Shown here: one piece after another, positions 63,316 to 64,000 of the stretch
Position numbering within the stretch: the first letter of the stretch is position 1
Layout of the letters: every line of letters starts with the position of its first letter
DNA from: Owenia fusiformis
Taxonomy: Eukaryota
Direction of reading: 5' to 3'
DNA: 64,000 nucleotides
Assembly: GCA_903813345.2 (NCBI GenBank)
Contig: CAIIXF020000001.1
Span: forward strand, 744,001 to 808,000
Translations under genes and position numbers: made by a program
Notes under the pieces: model-generated
Databases searched by the model: none
Seen by the model: only the letters and a program-made list of their open reading frames with translations
Told to the model about the DNA's origin: nothing

Positions 63316-64000
63316 TTACACTATGTTTAATAAGAGCTTGATTGCTAAATTATATGATATTCTGAGGTCTAAAGTTGGCTTCATTATCTGAATCAGTTAT
63401 ATAAAGTGCAACTCTCCTTCTAAATCTTACTGTGACTATTGTTGGCAATAAGATACAGGATCAAAAAGGATTATTGAAATATAATCAGCAAAGATTTGAG
63501 TGTACATATACAGTCATATAAGGTGTTTCATTCATTGAGAATTTTAGATATGTCTATAATGATATGAAGGTCCCCAAATAAAGAATCAAATAAAGAAGCC
63601 AAATATCCACATACTTTAAGTAGTGTTGTAGGTAAATAACATACGGGAATGCAATCAATATCTGAGGTGAGTGGGTGATATATATAAATATCACCCACTC
63701 ATCAGCAATTGCTGGGAATTTCGTTCGATTCTCTTTGTGCACTGAAAGATATAAACACTGTAAAATATAAACTGTGCATGTATTTGATTGTTATAATTGT
63801 AATTATCATTTGTAATAATAACACAAGGATTCCATAACATTCAATACATACTTAATCCTCATAATCTACTAAGTATAGGATAAATCAGTTATTAAATTCT
63901 TGATTTTTGGTACAGGGTATATCCTTCATTAAATACAATACATCAACCCTTGGTCCCTGCTGTCCCTTGGGTCGATTTCCCTCAGATATTAAAAAATCTC

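Overview
AT-rich eukaryotic (most likely invertebrate animal) genomic DNA with spliced GT-AG genes and many transposon insertions; no prokaryotic features, CRISPR array, tRNA or rRNA were seen. Three host genes can be assembled by hand with phase-consistent exons. (1) A 20+-exon, Pro/Ser/acid-rich unknown protein on the minus strand (17095 to beyond position 1), with an intronless 241-aa antisense ORF inside one intron. (2) A 4-exon SCP-x/DAF-22-type peroxisomal thiolase (20165-34331) ending in PTS1 -ARL. (3) A 17-exon DUF4587 (C21orf58/PRR29-like) gene (36840-57471). The main feature is thiolase intron 1, which holds nested elements: a Helentron/HINE-like element (22392-32102) contains an 8.7-kb ISL2EU-type DNA transposon (22879-31612). 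That transposon has 19-bp TIRs and two convergent genes, a SWIM+YqaJ (lambda-exonuclease-like) nuclease and a THAP-HTH-DDE Harbinger-family transposase. Each gene starts with an ATG-only exon just inside a mirrored CRE-containing end, and a 2.9-kb CACTG-ended element with a 5-bp TSD sits between them. Also notable: several hAT-like elements with 5-bp TSDs, and tandem arrays in the DUF4587 gene that amplify splice sites. All calls come from reading the sequence; family names come from recalled motifs, not database searches.
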